A stretch of 64,000 nucleotides of DNA, taken from NCBI GenBank assembly GCA_036567745.1, contig DATCTW010000041.1, positions 124,260-188,259 of the forward strand, written 5' to 3'. The stretch comes from Ignavibacteria bacterium. GTDB lineage: Bacteria; Bacteroidota; Ignavibacteria; DATCTW01. Below, piece after piece: positions 10,290 through 20,335 of the stretch; the first letter of the stretch is position 1, and every line of letters starts with the position of its first letter. The notes below the pieces were generated by a model that was given only the letters and a program-made list of their open reading frames with translations, was not told the DNA's origin and did no database searches. The position numbers were made by a program, and so were the translations under genes.

Positions 10290-10637
10290 ATGAAAAAAAA
10301 CGAAAATTCATTGACTGAAAAGCTGCTTCAAATTGGAAATCCGAAGTTCTGGGGGCAGAACTTTAAGGTATTTTTAAAGGGGGGATTTTTCAAAGAGGGG
10401 GCATTAATCAGAGTTAACTGGTCAATGCGGTACGGCAAAGTAATTGGTTTTTGTCTGTTGAGAGAAGGAAATCGGGATACAAAGATCAATCTTGAAGAAG
10501 TAGTTAATATTGAAAAAAATGAAAAATCAACCATGCTTGCCTCTAAGTCTTCGGACTTGCAGGTTGATATGCAAGGCATTCAAAAAACACTTAATAAGCT
10601 TAAACAGGAGCTTATTCCTTCTCAGATCGTTGAGTAG
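10290..10637 (+). CDS. hypothetical protein (uncertain; lies in a locally GC-enriched patch that is open on both strands)
   Basis: ATG at 10290 is preceded by AAAGAGAG. The ORF track's M at 10257 is a TTG. Product: MKKNENSLTEKLLQIGNPKFWGQNF...QELIPSQIVE, no family recognised. Overlapping ORFs on the opposite strand and in another frame weaken the coding call. Confidence 0.35.
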   Translation: MKKNENSLTEKLLQIGNPKFWGQNFKVFLKGGFFKEGALIRVNWSMRYGKVIGFCLLREGNRDTKINLEEVVNIEKNEKSTMLASKSSDLQVDMQGIQKTLNKLKQELIPSQIVE

Positions 10638-10648
10638 TTTTCAGGTTT

Positions 10649-10686
10649 GGGGTTATTTAAAAATAAAAACTTTTTTGAATAACCCC
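10649..10686. terminator. possible bidirectional terminator hairpin between convergent genes
   Basis: GGGGTTATT (10649-10657) pairs with AATAACCCC (10678-10686), with a 20-nt AT-rich loop. Confidence 0.35.
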
Positions 10687-10694
10687 AATTATTT

Positions 10695-11654
10695 TTAATG
10701 AATGATCTTATTTGCCTTTCTTAAAAATTCATCTGATAATTTAACGTTAAGCTTATTAGCAGCTTTGGTATTAACTGAAAGTATCATTCTATTTAGTCTT
10801 TTAAATGGTATTGATGAAGGGTTTTTCCCTTCCAATACATCTGCAGTTATCAATCCTGTTTCATAACCTAATTTGTAAAAATCTAAACATAGCCCCAATA
10901 TTGCACCCGAATTTACCTGAACGATTTGATTACATATTATAGGGATTTTATAGCTATTAGCTTTTATAACAATTGAGTCAAAAGAGCTTGCAGTAAGTAC
11001 ATCAGAAATTTGATATATTACTTTTATTCCGCTATTAATAAGTGAGTCCATTGCTTGTGAGATATCAGAGACGTCATTTATAGGAACTTGTTTTACATAA
11101 ATTTTATTTTTTAATGCTTCGTTTTTTTGTACACTCGCATAATAGACTGAGTTTGGTTCTGATGGTGTGTAAAGTGTTCCAATTCTGTTTACTTCAGGAA
11201 ATAATTCCTTTATTATCTGTATGGTCTCTTTTATAGGAGCTGTGCTGGGCACACCTGTTACCAGTGGATGATGCATAGAGTCAGTAATTCCAGCACCAAT
11301 TATAAATGGATTAGCAACGGAAGAAAAAATAACAGGGAATGTTACTTTTTCATCTATTAATGATTTTAAGCTAATAGTTGAAAGAGCGATTGCTAAATCA
11401 ACTTTTTCTTCAACAAATTTTTTTGTTATTTTGTTTACAGCTGCAAAATCTCCTTCTGCGTTTTTTTCTAACAAAGTAATATTTTTACCTTTTTTGAAGC
11501 CCCTATCTTCAAGAGCTTTTAATATGCCATCTTTGCAAAGCTCCGTAGGTGGATCTGACGCTAATAAAGTTATGCCTATAATTCTATTTTTTTTGGTTTC
11601 ACTACAAGAAAAAAATAAAAAAATAATTAGCCAGATATAAAAATATTTTTTCAT
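10695..11654 (-). CDS. ABC transporter substrate-binding lipoprotein (ABC_sub_bind-like)
   Basis: 319 aa with lipoprotein signal LIIFLFFSC. The periplasmic-binding-protein-like layout (IGITLLASDPP...GFKKGKNITLLEKNAEGDF...) resembles PF04392-type binding proteins. Confidence 0.6.
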   Translation of the reverse strand: MKKYFYIWLIIFLFFSCSETKKNRIIGITLLASDPPTELCKDGILKALEDRGFKKGKNITLLEKNAEGDFAAVNKITKKFVEEKVDLAIALSTISLKSLIDEKVTFPVIFSSVANPFIIGAGITDSMHHPLVTGVPSTAPIKETIQIIKELFPEVNRIGTLYTPSEPNSVYYASVQKNEALKNKIYVKQVPINDVSDISQAMDSLINSGIKVIYQISDVLTASSFDSIVIKANSYKIPIICNQIVQVNSGAILGLCLDFYKLGYETGLITADVLEGKNPSSIPFKRLNRMILSVNTKAANKLNVKLSDEFLRKANKIIH

Positions 11655-11659
11655 AAATT

Positions 11660-12484
11660 TTAAGGTAAATCTGATGTAATTGGTTGACCATTTGCCGAAG
11701 CTACTTCAGGTAATTTATACCCATTATCTGAATATAATTTTACTATAGAGTTATAGATATTAATAGCAGGTGTTATTTGTTTGCTTGCTTCGGATGAAAT
11801 ATCGGTTGCTCTGGTTATTGATTTTTGTAAACAACGGGTTTTTTTTGCTGCACTCAGTGGATCATTTATTGATGATTTTACATTGTCTATTTGTGATTTC
11901 CCTTGAGTAACTATTAAACTTGATAAACTTACAGTTGCGGCATCATAAATTAATGCGTATGTAAGATGTATATATGCTTTATCCAAAAAACTTTTTTTCT
12001 CAGATGATATTTTCTGATTCATTTCTGTAAGTTCTTTCATTTTAGCTTGTAATTGAGGGTCATTTAATAATTCCAAATATTTAGCTTGTTTCTCATCTTC
12101 AGTAGCGGTTTTAGAAAGATGAGCTATTTCAATCTCGATTTTATCTAACAAATCTTTTTCACCAACCGCATTAAGAAAATTTGTGTTAGAAGATACTAAA
12201 TATCTTGTTGCTTCTTTGTGAACCATATCAAATCGAGGTATATTACCTATCCATGATGTTACTTTTGAGTAATTATTACTTAAAGATTTATCTGCAGCCT
12301 TTAGCACTCCACTTTTTTGGATTAGTGGGCTAATATCCTGTACTTTATGTTTATATGTTTCAAAAGTTGAAGCAATAATATCAACTTCATCAGTACAGTT
12401 ATCTGTACCAAGAAACTTATCACCAACAGAACAACCAAAAATAAAAATTATTAATACAAAAAAAGTGTAACAAATTTTCTTCAT
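11660..12484 (-). CDS. hypothetical lipoprotein
   Basis: 274 aa with lipobox LIIFIFGC. The body is helical/coiled-coil-like. No family recognised. Confidence 0.55.
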   Translation of the reverse strand: MKKICYTFFVLIIFIFGCSVGDKFLGTDNCTDEVDIIASTFETYKHKVQDISPLIQKSGVLKAADKSLSNNYSKVTSWIGNIPRFDMVHKEATRYLVSSNTNFLNAVGEKDLLDKIEIEIAHLSKTATEDEKQAKYLELLNDPQLQAKMKELTEMNQKISSEKKSFLDKAYIHLTYALIYDAATVSLSSLIVTQGKSQIDNVKSSINDPLSAAKKTRCLQKSITRATDISSEASKQITPAINIYNSIVKLYSDNGYKLPEVASANGQPITSDLP

Positions 12485-12496
12485 CTTTACATCCCT

Positions 12497-13255
12497 TCAG
12501 TTTATTGTTCTTAAAACTAATATTAAATTTTGTGAATTTTTAATAGAATAATCATTCATATTCAGATCGCCATATTCATTTAATATTTCAAAACCAAATT
12601 CAGTAAATAATTTTAATATTTCTGAATATGTATAACCGTATAATGACGTTGAAATTAGTTTGTGCTTTAGAATATTTGAATTTTCTTTTTGGATAATTAG
12701 TATATTAAAGTTTATTTTATTGTTATCTAAAAAGTCGTAGAATCTTATATATAGTTTATCTTTCACATCTCTTATATTGATAATTCTTTCTTTTTCGATA
12801 AATATCTTATCGTAGTTTAAAATTTGGAAGACAAAAATTGAATTTTCTGAAAGCATATTTTTTAATGAGTTAATAAAGTTATTCAATTTTGTTTTTTCAG
12901 TAATATGGGCAAGACCATTACCCATAAAAAAAATTGCGTCATATTTATTTTGGTTTCTTTCAGAATGTTGTTCTAATGTCTCCTGATAAAATTTTATATT
13001 ATTATAATTTTTTGCATTCAATTTTGCTTTCTCAATCATTCCTAATGATGGATCTATACCAATAGTATCTATACCAAGTGAAGAAAGTATAATAGAATGT
13101 GCACCTGTACCACATCCAACATCAAGTGCACTTTTAAAATTGTACTTGTTTTTTAAGTTTTCAAAAAAATTTTTTTCTTTCTCAATTCGTGATTCAAATA
13201 AGGTCATCTCATCATATTGAGATGCAAATTGATCGTAAAATAATTGGTAATCCAT
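12497..13255 (-). CDS. class I SAM-dependent methyltransferase
   Basis: 252 aa with SAM motif I LDVGCGTGAHS, followed by the conserved acidic loop IGIDPS. Confidence 0.8.
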   Translation of the reverse strand: MDYQLFYDQFASQYDEMTLFESRIEKEKNFFENLKNKYNFKSALDVGCGTGAHSIILSSLGIDTIGIDPSLGMIEKAKLNAKNYNNIKFYQETLEQHSERNQNKYDAIFFMGNGLAHITEKTKLNNFINSLKNMLSENSIFVFQILNYDKIFIEKERIINIRDVKDKLYIRFYDFLDNNKINFNILIIQKENSNILKHKLISTSLYGYTYSEILKLFTEFGFEILNEYGDLNMNDYSIKNSQNLILVLRTIN

Positions 13256-13318
13256 TTTAAAATTTAGGATAACAATAAAACATTGATAATTTGTAAATTT
13301 TTTTTATATTAAAAAATA

Positions 13319-14461
13319 ATGAGATTAAAATTAAAAAGCAATCCTTTAGTTAGAAAACTAGACCGTATTTTAGGTGTCACTCTACTATTCTTTTTTTCTA
13401 TTTTTAAGAGGAAGAAAGAAAATTTGGCTAGTGAATTCAAAAAAATTCTCTTAATCAGGTTTGCTGCAATGGGGGATACAGTTCTCTTAATTCCTGCAAT
13501 AAGGTCTATCAGAAAAAGAAATCCTGAAGCTGAAATTGATTTTTTTGCTTCAAATATTAATTATGATGTTATTAATTTATGCCCCTATATAGACTATAAA
13601 TATAGATTTGAATTTTCAAAAAAAATAGATAAATTAATTAAGAACTTTTACCTCATAAAAATGCTTCGCAAAAATAAATATGACCTTATTATTGATTTTG
13701 AACCTTTTGTTAGATTGACCGCCCTTATTTCCTATTTTCTGAAAGGTAATTTTACAATTGGTTATAATACTGAAAATCAGTATAAACACTTAATTTTTGA
13801 TTCTTATGTAAACCATTCTAACGATAAACACGAAATTGATAATTTTTTCTCATTAATATCATTGATAAATTGTAATAATTTTGATAAACACCTTGAACTC
13901 TGGACAACTTCTGAAAGTGAAAGAAAAGTTATAGATAAACTTAATTCTTTAAATAATAAAGAAAAACTAATTGTAATTCATCCTTCTACAGGGGGTGTAA
14001 ATCATCCAAGGCAATGGCCTGAAGAATACTTCATAGAATTAATAAAATATTTAAAAACAAGAGTAGAATGTAATATTATTTTAATTGGTAGTAAATCTGA
14101 AAAAGAAGTATCCAATGTGATAATGAAACATCTTGCTAATGAAGTGTATGATTTTACAGGAGAAACAAATTTATATGAAACTATTGAACTCATAAAAAGA
14201 GCTAACTTGTTTATAAGTGGCAATACTGGCACCATGCATATTGCTTCTGCTTTCGATATCCCTTTAATTGCTTTACACGGTCCAACTAATCCCTTAAGGT
14301 TTGGTCCTTTAGGTAAGAATAGTTATGTGATAAAATCTCAAATTCATTGCTCTCCTTGTTTGAATCTCGGTTTTGAATATGGGTGTGATAAATACCCTTG
14401 CATGAAGTTGATTACCCCTAATGATGTAATAAAATTTATCAATTTAAATAATATTTTATAA
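13319..14461 (+). CDS. glycosyltransferase family 9 (LPS heptosyltransferase-like)
   Basis: 380 aa. ILLIRFAAMGDTVLLIPAIRSIRK at the N-terminus and GNTGTMHIASAFDIPLIALHGPTNP near the C-terminus are the typical GT9 (RfaF/RfaC-like) signatures. Confidence 0.8.
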   Translation: MRLKLKSNPLVRKLDRILGVTLLFFFSIFKRKKENLASEFKKILLIRFAAMGDTVLLIPAIRSIRKRNPEAEIDFFASNINYDVINLCPYIDYKYRFEFSKKIDKLIKNFYLIKMLRKNKYDLIIDFEPFVRLTALISYFLKGNFTIGYNTENQYKHLIFDSYVNHSNDKHEIDNFFSLISLINCNNFDKHLELWTTSESERKVIDKLNSLNNKEKLIVIHPSTGGVNHPRQWPEEYFIELIKYLKTRVECNIILIGSKSEKEVSNVIMKHLANEVYDFTGETNLYETIELIKRANLFISGNTGTMHIASAFDIPLIALHGPTNPLRFGPLGKNSYVIKSQIHCSPCLNLGFEYGCDKYPCMKLITPNDVIKFINLNNIL

Positions 14462-14489
14462 GCTTTTTAAATTTTATAAGGAGTCTGAC

Positions 14490-15098
14490 ATGGTTATCTC
14501 AATTAATCCCCGGAATCCACAAAAAAGACATCTCGATAAGATTGTTGAAGTATTGAAGAATGGTGGTGTTATAATTTATCCAACAGATACTTATTATGGC
14601 TTTGGTGCAAGTTTGATGAGTTCAGATGCTATTGATAAGTTATATAAGTTAAAAAAACAGGAGAAAAACAAGTTTTATAGTTTTATTCTTCCGGATTTAA
14701 AGAATATTAGTGAGTATGCCATGGTTTCTGATTATGCTTTCAAAGCATTAAAATATCATCTGCCGGGACCGTATACTTTTATATTGCCCGCTTCTAGAGT
14801 TATACCAAAAAAATTGTGGAGTAAACGGAAAACAGTTGGAATAAGAATTCCTGATAATAAAATTTCTACAGCAATTGCTAAAGAATTGGGCCATCCAATT
14901 GTTAATACTACTTTACTTGATAAAAAAGATGAAGGAATATTCAACCCAGATTTGATAGATAAAGAGCTCGAAAATAAAGTCGATTTAGTTGTTAATGGTG
15001 GAATTATTGAACCACAGCAATCTACAGTAATCGATTTAACTAACGATTCTCCTGAAATCATTCGTGAAGGTGCTGGAAGTATCGATTGGTTTAAATAG
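14490..15098 (+). CDS. tsaC: L-threonylcarbamoyladenylate synthase (TsaC/YrdC family)
   Basis: 202 aa. YPTDTYYGFGA, GPYTFIL and STVIDLT motifs match YrdC/Sua5-domain proteins. RBS GGAG lies upstream. Confidence 0.85.
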   Translation: MVISINPRNPQKRHLDKIVEVLKNGGVIIYPTDTYYGFGASLMSSDAIDKLYKLKKQEKNKFYSFILPDLKNISEYAMVSDYAFKALKYHLPGPYTFILPASRVIPKKLWSKRKTVGIRIPDNKISTAIAKELGHPIVNTTLLDKKDEGIFNPDLIDKELENKVDLVVNGGIIEPQQSTVIDLTNDSPEIIREGAGSIDWFK

Positions 15099-15122
15099 AT
15101 AAGAATTAATTTTAAGATTTTG

Positions 15123-15196
15123 TGCGCCCGAAGGGATTCGAACCCCTAACCCTCAGTTCCGTAGACTGATGCTCTATCCAGTTGAGCTACGGGCGC
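15123..15196 (-). tRNA. tRNA-Arg (anticodon ACG)
   Basis: The reverse complement reads GCGCCCG TA GCTC AACTGGATA GAGC A TCAGT CTACGGA ACTGA GGGTT AGGGG TTCGAAT CCCTT CGGGCGC A. This is a complete cloverleaf with a 7-bp acceptor stem, anticodon loop CU-ACG-GA and a GTTCGAAT T-loop. The 3' CCA is not encoded. Confidence 0.9.
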
Positions 15197-15250
15197 ATTG
15201 TTAAACAAAAATAATTATATTTTTCATATAATTCAAGAACATTTATTGTA

Positions 15251-16108
15251 CTATAATAATAACTTTGTTTTGTCTAATTCCTTATCAAAATTTTCTTTAT
15301 TATTCTCGTAAATACCGATTAATTCCTGTTCATTATCAATACCAATAATTTTTAAGTTATCAAAATTGGTAACAATTTTATCTTCTAATTGAAAGTTACC
15401 AATTTTTAAATTTTGTGAAAGATATTCTGTATAGTGTATTATTGTAGTTAATTTTGGATTTATAGATGCCTTTTCTGGTGTATGATGGTATTTTACTGCT
15501 TCGACTAATTGGGGTGGAAAATTCCATTTTTCAAGTAACCAGGAACCAATTTCTGTGTGTGTTGCACCAAATATTTCGTTTTCAATATCTAGTAGATTTT
15601 TATCTTCTTTTGAGGTTAGTTCTAAAAGTTGATTAAATTCTTTTTGAAAAAATTGACTCATTATAAAGATACCCATATCGTGAATCAACCCAGCAATAAA
15701 TGCTTCACCAACCAATGGGTATTTTATCGATTTAGCAATTTCGCGACTTATAACGCTTGAGCTTGTAAGATGTAACCAAAAGCTCTCTGTATTAAATTGA
15801 TCGTTTTTATAATTTTTGAAATGACCAATATAAGAAGCGCTTAGTACAATTTCTTTAACAGCCTCATAACCTAAAATAGTAATTGCAAAATCTATCGTAG
15901 AAATTATTCTTGGATAACTAAAAAATGGTGAATTAGCAACCTTTAATACTTTTGATGTGATTACTTGATCTTTTGCAATTGCTTTACTTAATGTTTGTAC
16001 ATTAATATTTGGATTATCAATCATTCCAATTATTTCCATTGTTATATTAGGTAAAGGTGGAAGATTGATAATATTTTGCACCTGGTTCTTTAAATTCTCA
16101 ATTGCCAT
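15251..16108 (-). CDS. HDOD domain signalling protein
   Basis: LPPLPNITMEIIGMIDNPNINVQTLSKAIAKDQVITSKVLKVANSPFF is a typical HDOD N-terminus, and GLIHDMG is an HD-like motif. I place the start at ATG 16108 (GGAGA 5 nt upstream) rather than the ORF-track maximum of 16153. Confidence 0.8.
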   Translation of the reverse strand: MAIENLKNQVQNIINLPPLPNITMEIIGMIDNPNINVQTLSKAIAKDQVITSKVLKVANSPFFSYPRIISTIDFAITILGYEAVKEIVLSASYIGHFKNYKNDQFNTESFWLHLTSSSVISREIAKSIKYPLVGEAFIAGLIHDMGIFIMSQFFQKEFNQLLELTSKEDKNLLDIENEIFGATHTEIGSWLLEKWNFPPQLVEAVKYHHTPEKASINPKLTTIIHYTEYLSQNLKIGNFQLEDKIVTNFDNLKIIGIDNEQELIGIYENNKENFDKELDKTKLLL

Positions 16109-16327
16109 AGGTCTCCATAAATAAGATGTAAAATAATAATAATGTATTGTCAAAAAATCAATGTAATTTTTTTGTTGTTTATGTTGTATTATTGTAACTT
16201 TTTATAATTTTTTTCGTATATAAATAAATAATTATATATTGAATAAAATGTATTTGAAATATTTTTTTTCTTTTATCTGTAAAATATTTTCCATAAATTT
16301 TACCTATCACAATTTTAGGAGGTATCA

Positions 16328-19072
16328 ATGAAAGTTCATTCTGTTTTACTATTAGCACTAACCTTTTTTGTGGCAGTAGTTTCTATTGCTCAAAACAAAA
16401 ATTTAAAAAACGTAATAGACATACCATATAAAAAGTATGTTTTGAAAAATGGCTTAACTCTTATTATTCACGAAGATCACAAAGCACCAATTGTAGCAGT
16501 AAATGTCTGGTATCATGTTGGTTCTAAAAATGAAAAAGAAGGGAAAACAGGTTTTGCTCATTTGTTCGAACATTTAATGTTTAATGGAAGTGAACATTAT
16601 GATGATGATTATTTCAAACCTTTAGAAAAAGTTGGTGCAACAGATTTAAACGGAACTACCAGTGAGGACCGGACTAACTATTTTCAAAATGTACCTACAT
16701 CGGCTTTAGATTTAGCTTTATTTATGGAATCAGATAGAATGGGGCACTTAATAGGTGCAATAACTCAAGCAAAACTTGATGAGCAACGTGGAGTTGTTCA
16801 GAATGAAAAAAGACAGGGAGAAAACCAACCTTACGCTATAGCTGATGAATTAATAACAAAAGCTATATACCCAAAAGGCCATCCTTATTCATGGACTGTT
16901 ATCGGATCGATGGAAGATTTAGATGCAGCAAAATTGAGCGATGTTCACGAATGGTTTAAAACTTATTATGGTCCTAATAATGCAGTGTTATGTATCGCTG
17001 GTGATGTAAATCCAGAAGAAGTTAAAGCAAAGGTTGAAAAATATTTTGGTGATATTCCTCCTGGTCCTCCAGTAAGTAAATTTAAAGCATGGATTGCAAA
17101 AAGAACTGGCTCTCAAACACAGGTTGCACAAGATCGCGTTCCTCAAGCTATGTTAATTAGAGTATGGAATATTCCACAATGGGGTACAGAAGAAGGGGTA
17201 TATCTCCAATTATTTGCTGATATTCTTGGAAATGGGAAAACTTCAAGATTATATAAAAGATTGGTTTATAATGAACAGATTGCAACTAATGTAAATTGTA
17301 GTGCAAGCCTTGGTGAAATAGCTGGACAATTTTATATTCAGGTTATGGCAAAACCCGGTATGGATCTTGAAAAGATTAAAAAAGGTGTTAATGAAGAGTT
17401 AGAAAAATTACTCAAAGAAGGTGTAACCGAAAAAGAACTCTCTGCAGTCCAAACAAACAGATATGCGAATTTTGTAAGGGGTGTTGAACGTATTGGTGGC
17501 TTTGGTGGGAAATCCGATATTTTAGCTATGAATGAAACCTATGCTGGCACTCCAGATTATTATAAAACTACTATGTCATGGATGTTAAACGCTACTCCAA
17601 AAAAAGTTACAGAAGCAGCTAAAAAATGGTTAACTGATGGCGATTATAATCTTGAGATTTATCCTTATCCAAAATTAGAAGCTGTAAAAAGTGATGTTGA
17701 TAGAAGTAAATTACCCGAAACAGCGAATCCTCCTGAACCAAAATTTGTTTCATTTACAAGAAAAACTTTATCTAATGGTTTGAAGGTTGTTTTAGCTGAA
17801 AGACATAATATACCAGTTGTGAATTTTAATTTAATTTTTGACGCAGGTTTTTCTGCAGATCAATTTGCAGCTCCAGGTACCGCCAGTCTAACAAGTGGAG
17901 TTATTGACGAAGGTACAAAAACCCGAACCTCTTTGCAAATTAGTGAAGAATTACAGAATCTTGGTGCATCTTTAGGCTCTTCCGCAGGTCTCGATTTTTC
18001 TACCTTAACCCTCTCAGCCTTAAAGATGAATCTTGATAAATCTTTAGAAATTTTTACTGATGTATTATTAAATCCTTCCTTCCCACAATCTGATTTTGAT
18101 AGATTGAAGAAAACTCAATTAGCCCAAATTAAACAGGAAAAAACTACTCCAAGAATGATAGCTTTACGTGTTTTCCCTAAAATTTTGTTTGGAGAGGGTC
18201 ATGCCTATGCTAACCCATTTACCGGTAGTGGCTATGAAGAATCTGTTGAAAAAATGACTCGTGAAGACTTGATTAAGTTTTATAATACATGGTATAAACC
18301 AAATAATGCTACTCTGGTGGTAGTGGGTGATATTACAATGGATGAATTGGTACCGAAACTTGAAAAATTACTTAAGAATTGGAAAGCTGGTGAGGTACCA
18401 AAGAAAAATATTTCAACTGTTAGTAATAAACCTAAATCGGAATTTTATTTGATTGATAAACCAGGTGCTCAACAATCTGAAATTTACGCAGTAAATCTTG
18501 CTCCACCTTCAAATGACCCAAATGATATTTCAATTGGATTGATGAATTATATTTTAGGTGGTGCATTTACTTCAAGAATTAATATGAACCTTAGAGAAGA
18601 TAAACATTGGTCTTATGGTGCAAGAAGTAGTGTAGTTGGTGCAAAAGCTCAACGTCCATTTTTAGTTGGCGCACCTATTCAGGGTGATAAAACCAAAGAA
18701 TCAGTTCTCGAAATATATAAGGAATTAAAAGGTATTCTTAGCGATAAACCAATTACTGAAGATGAATTGAACAAAGTAAAGCAGAATAGACTTTTGAGTA
18801 TGCCTGGCTCTTGGGAAACTAATAACGCAGTGATGTCTTCATTAGTTAATATAGTAACGAATAATTTACCAGATAATTATTATGATAATTATGTGACTGA
18901 AATAAAAAATTCTACTATAGAAAAGCTATCAAAAGCTGCTTCAATTACTGTTTTCCCAGATAATATGGTATGGGTAATTGTGGGAGATGTAAAGAAAATT
19001 GAAGCAGGTATAAAAGAGCTAAACCTTGGTAATGTTCATATCATTGATCCTGATGGAAACCCTGTAAAATAA
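16328..19072 (+). CDS. M16 (pitrilysin/insulinase) family zinc peptidase, two-unit fused form
   Basis: 914 aa with a signal peptide. The inverted zinc motif HxxEH is present as HLFEHLMFNGS, with downstream E (NGTTSEDRTNY). A second inactive M16-like half follows. RBS AGGAGG lies upstream. Confidence 0.85.
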   Translation: MKVHSVLLLALTFFVAVVSIAQNKNLKNVIDIPYKKYVLKNGLTLIIHEDHKAPIVAVNVWYHVGSKNEKEGKTGFAHLFEHLMFNGSEHYDDDYFKPLEKVGATDLNGTTSEDRTNYFQNVPTSALDLALFMESDRMGHLIGAITQAKLDEQRGVVQNEKRQGENQPYAIADELITKAIYPKGHPYSWTVIGSMEDLDAAKLSDVHEWFKTYYGPNNAVLCIAGDVNPEEVKAKVEKYFGDIPPGPPVSKFKAWIAKRTGSQTQVAQDRVPQAMLIRVWNIPQWGTEEGVYLQLFADILGNGKTSRLYKRLVYNEQIATNVNCSASLGEIAGQFYIQVMAKPGMDLEKIKKGVNEELEKLLKEGVTEKELSAVQTNRYANFVRGVERIGGFGGKSDILAMNETYAGTPDYYKTTMSWMLNATPKKVTEAAKKWLTDGDYNLEIYPYPKLEAVKSDVDRSKLPETANPPEPKFVSFTRKTLSNGLKVVLAERHNIPVVNFNLIFDAGFSADQFAAPGTASLTSGVIDEGTKTRTSLQISEELQNLGASLGSSAGLDFSTLTLSALKMNLDKSLEIFTDVLLNPSFPQSDFDRLKKTQLAQIKQEKTTPRMIALRVFPKILFGEGHAYANPFTGSGYEESVEKMTREDLIKFYNTWYKPNNATLVVVGDITMDELVPKLEKLLKNWKAGEVPKKNISTVSNKPKSEFYLIDKPGAQQSEIYAVNLAPPSNDPNDISIGLMNYILGGAFTSRINMNLREDKHWSYGARSSVVGAKAQRPFLVGAPIQGDKTKESVLEIYKELKGILSDKPITEDELNKVKQNRLLSMPGSWETNNAVMSSLVNIVTNNLPDNYYDNYVTEIKNSTIEKLSKAASITVFPDNMVWVIVGDVKKIEAGIKELNLGNVHIIDPDGNPVK

Positions 19073-19093
19073 AAAATAATATTTATTTAAGTA

Positions 19094-19121
19094 AAAGGGG
19101 GTAAATTTACCCCCTTTTTTT
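19094..19121 (+). terminator. rho-independent terminator after the M16 peptidase gene
   Basis: GGGGGTA (19097-19103) pairs with TACCCCC (19108-19114) around a 4-nt loop and is followed by T7. Confidence 0.75.
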
Positions 19122-19207
19122 ATGTCTTAAATAAATGATTTGAAATTTTAAAAGAATATTATTACTATTATTGTAATCATTAAAAATACAAAATACATAA
19201 TACAAAA

Positions 19208-20026
19208 ATGGATCTATCTTTAAATTATGATGTAGTAAGAAAAATACTTGTTGATTTTATTCGTTACGAGTTAAAAAGGGTAGGTATAAGTAATGGAATT
19301 ATTGGTTTATCTGGTGGAGTTGACTCAGCAGTATCTGCTTTCCTAACAGCTGAAGCTTTAGGTCCTGAGAATACATACTGTATAATGATGCCTTACAAGA
19401 CAAGTAATCCCGATAGTTTGAATCACGCTAAATTGGTGGTCGAAAAATTAAAATGCAAGAGCGAAGTTGTAGACATATCTCCAATGGTGGAACCTCTTTT
19501 TAATTTAGACCCTCAAATGAATAATGTAAGAAAAGGTAACATCATGGCCAGGGAAAGAATGATTATTCTTTATGATTTTTCTTCTAAATACAATGGATTA
19601 GTAATTGGAACAAGTAATAAAACAGAAACTTTGCTTGGTTATTCTACCATTTATGGTGATAATGCTTGTGCTATCAATCCTATTGGGGATTTGTATAAAA
19701 CTCAAATATGGCAATTAGCAGAATTCCTTGGTGTTCCTGAGGATATTATAAAAAAACCACCTTCAGCAGATTTGTGGAGTGGTCAAACAGATGAAGCTGA
19801 ATTAGGTTTTACTTATAAGGAAGTTGATCAATTGTTATATCAGATGGTTGATGAAAGAAAATCTAACGAGGAACTAATCGAATCAGGATATAGTAAAAAT
19901 TTTATAGAAAAAGTAAAAAGTATTATTCAAAAAACACAATATAAAAGAAGAACACCGCTTATCGCAAAGCTTACTTATAGAACGGTAAACCTTGACTTTC
20001 GTTACTCAAGAGATTGGGGAACATGA
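19208..20026 (+). CDS. nadE: NH3-dependent NAD+ synthetase
   Basis: 272 aa with PP-loop GLSGGVDSAV. Length and motifs (GTSNKTE, GDLYKTQ) are typical of NadE. Confidence 0.85.
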   Translation: MDLSLNYDVVRKILVDFIRYELKRVGISNGIIGLSGGVDSAVSAFLTAEALGPENTYCIMMPYKTSNPDSLNHAKLVVEKLKCKSEVVDISPMVEPLFNLDPQMNNVRKGNIMARERMIILYDFSSKYNGLVIGTSNKTETLLGYSTIYGDNACAINPIGDLYKTQIWQLAEFLGVPEDIIKKPPSADLWSGQTDEAELGFTYKEVDQLLYQMVDERKSNEELIESGYSKNFIEKVKSIIQKTQYKRRTPLIAKLTYRTVNLDFRYSRDWGT

Positions 20027-20081
20027 TCCCTGAAATTATTCTCAAAAATTTTTTTATTAACTTTTTTCTATGAGGTATCTT

Positions 20082-20303
20082 ATGGAAGAAACTGCATTGA
20101 ATCATATTATGGATGGAATAGATATAGAAACTTATCTTACATGTCAAAATGAAGAAGAAGGGAAATTCCTTGCCAGAAAATTAGGTGAAGAATTAAATCT
20201 TGGTGAGGTTGATGTTATGTACTGTGAATTTGATGGTTTTGGTGTAAGAGTGCGTTTGAGAAAATATATAGTAAAACCTGGTGATAAATATAATTGGATA
20301 TAA
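20082..20303 (+). CDS. small hypothetical protein upstream of the B12-domain gene
   Basis: 73 aa from ATG 20082, with GAGG 6 nt upstream. The ORF track starts 4 codons earlier at 20070. The product is acidic and no family is recognised. It lies 32 nt upstream of the next gene on the same strand. Confidence 0.45.
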   Translation: MEETALNHIMDGIDIETYLTCQNEEEGKFLARKLGEELNLGEVDVMYCEFDGFGVRVRLRKYIVKPGDKYNWI

Positions 20304-20335
20304 TTAAAAATAAGTGAACATAAAGAGGTTATAAG

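Noticed and set aside
10300-10640. RNase P RNA, tmRNA or a riboswitch in the GC-enriched patch
   Set aside because: I could not find the universally conserved strings: GGAAAGUCCGGGC / ACAGAAnCCGGCUUA for RNase P, a tRNA-like 3' end with GGUUCGAnUCC...ACCA and a tag ORF for tmRNA, or the B12 box for cobalamin. It is kept only as an open question in the findings.
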